A DNA stretch of 64,000 nt, taken from Lytechinus pictus (Eukaryota). How positions within the stretch are numbered: position 1 is the first letter of the stretch; each line of letters begins with the position of its first letter. This document shows, piece after piece, positions 63,224 through 64,000 of this stretch. The stretch lies in assembly GCF_037042905.1 (NCBI RefSeq), contig NC_087252.1, forward strand, positions 18,540,001 through 18,604,000, given 5' to 3'. Both the position numbers and the translations under genes were made by a program. The notes below the pieces were generated by a model that did no database searches, was not told the origin of the DNA, and saw only the letters and a list, made by a program, of their open reading frames with translations.

Positions 63224-63893
63224 AGCGCGTTTTCGCCCAGCGTCGTACGACGCTATCTACGACGTAGAACGATCTCTTGGTTCGTGCGTCCGTCGCGCTC
63301 AACTCTCGCTTGTAAGCAGTTTCGCAAATCGCTGAACGCGGCCGGATCGACCGGCTGGCATGGCTGGCATGTAATGTTGACACGCCAACATATGCATTGT
63401 ATATGTTCCTACTATGTGCACACAACTGGCAGTGCCATGTGTCTTGCAGTCGCGTCGTCGACCGAGCCATGCAACGGCTTTTCAATCATATTTCAATAAT
63501 CATACTCGTTTAAACTTCTACTGTAACATTTTGAAATTATACTTAGCTTGATTTTAGTATAATTGAAATGGTACTCACCGAAAAACTCGCATTCGAGTCC
63601 ATGTTTTGAAGCTTTCAGCTATCAGTGTAGTCAGAGTAGAGTACAACATGTGCATGCACGCGATGGGCGAATGTGTTTACATCGGCTCAGCTTGCTCGCT
63701 CTACAAGCGATCTGATTGGCTGTTGACGGCTGTTGACAAATCCTACGTTCTAATGCGGACGCCCGCTAATTTGCGGAAGAACCGTCCGTGATTTGAGCTC
63801 AAGAACGCTCGGGCCTCTGTTTCCATGGAAGTTGGCGATTTTTGCACACGACCCTTACGTTCTACGTCGTACGACGCTGGGCGAAAACGCGCT
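63224..63893. mobile_element. PIF/Harbinger-superfamily-like MITE
   Basis: TIR AGCGCGTTTTCGCCCAGCGTCGTACGACG; ATT on both flanks. Confidence 0.75.
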
Positions 63894-64000
63894 ATTATCT
63901 AAAAGAAGAGTAATTTAGCACAGGATGTTCATAGAAATCGGGGCTCACGCGTGTCTTTTGATTTGACTTTTGAATACTTTCAAAGGTTCCGGTATTGATT

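Overview
AT-rich, repeat-dense eukaryotic DNA. The repeat landscape and Ig style suggest an echinoderm such as a sea urchin (inference). The first half holds one 13-exon plus-strand gene (894..32107, about 1191 aa by my splice model, every intron phase 1). It encodes a signal peptide, two V-type Ig domains, a C1-like Ig domain, a transmembrane helix and seven divergent death-fold-like cytoplasmic domains, each on its own exon. No TIR, NACHT or kinase domain is recognisable. The rest is mobile DNA: two Transib-type elements whose ends resemble V(D)J recombination signals with 23-bp spacers, and a decayed DIRS retroelement with intact ITR/ICR inserted into a hairpin. There are also two multi-kb Academ-like foldbacks, a Harbinger remnant with a Myb/SANT ORF, a Helentron-associated element, many MITEs, SINEs and LINE ends, and two local tandem duplications. 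Domain calls are by eye from motifs; no HMM or database search was run.
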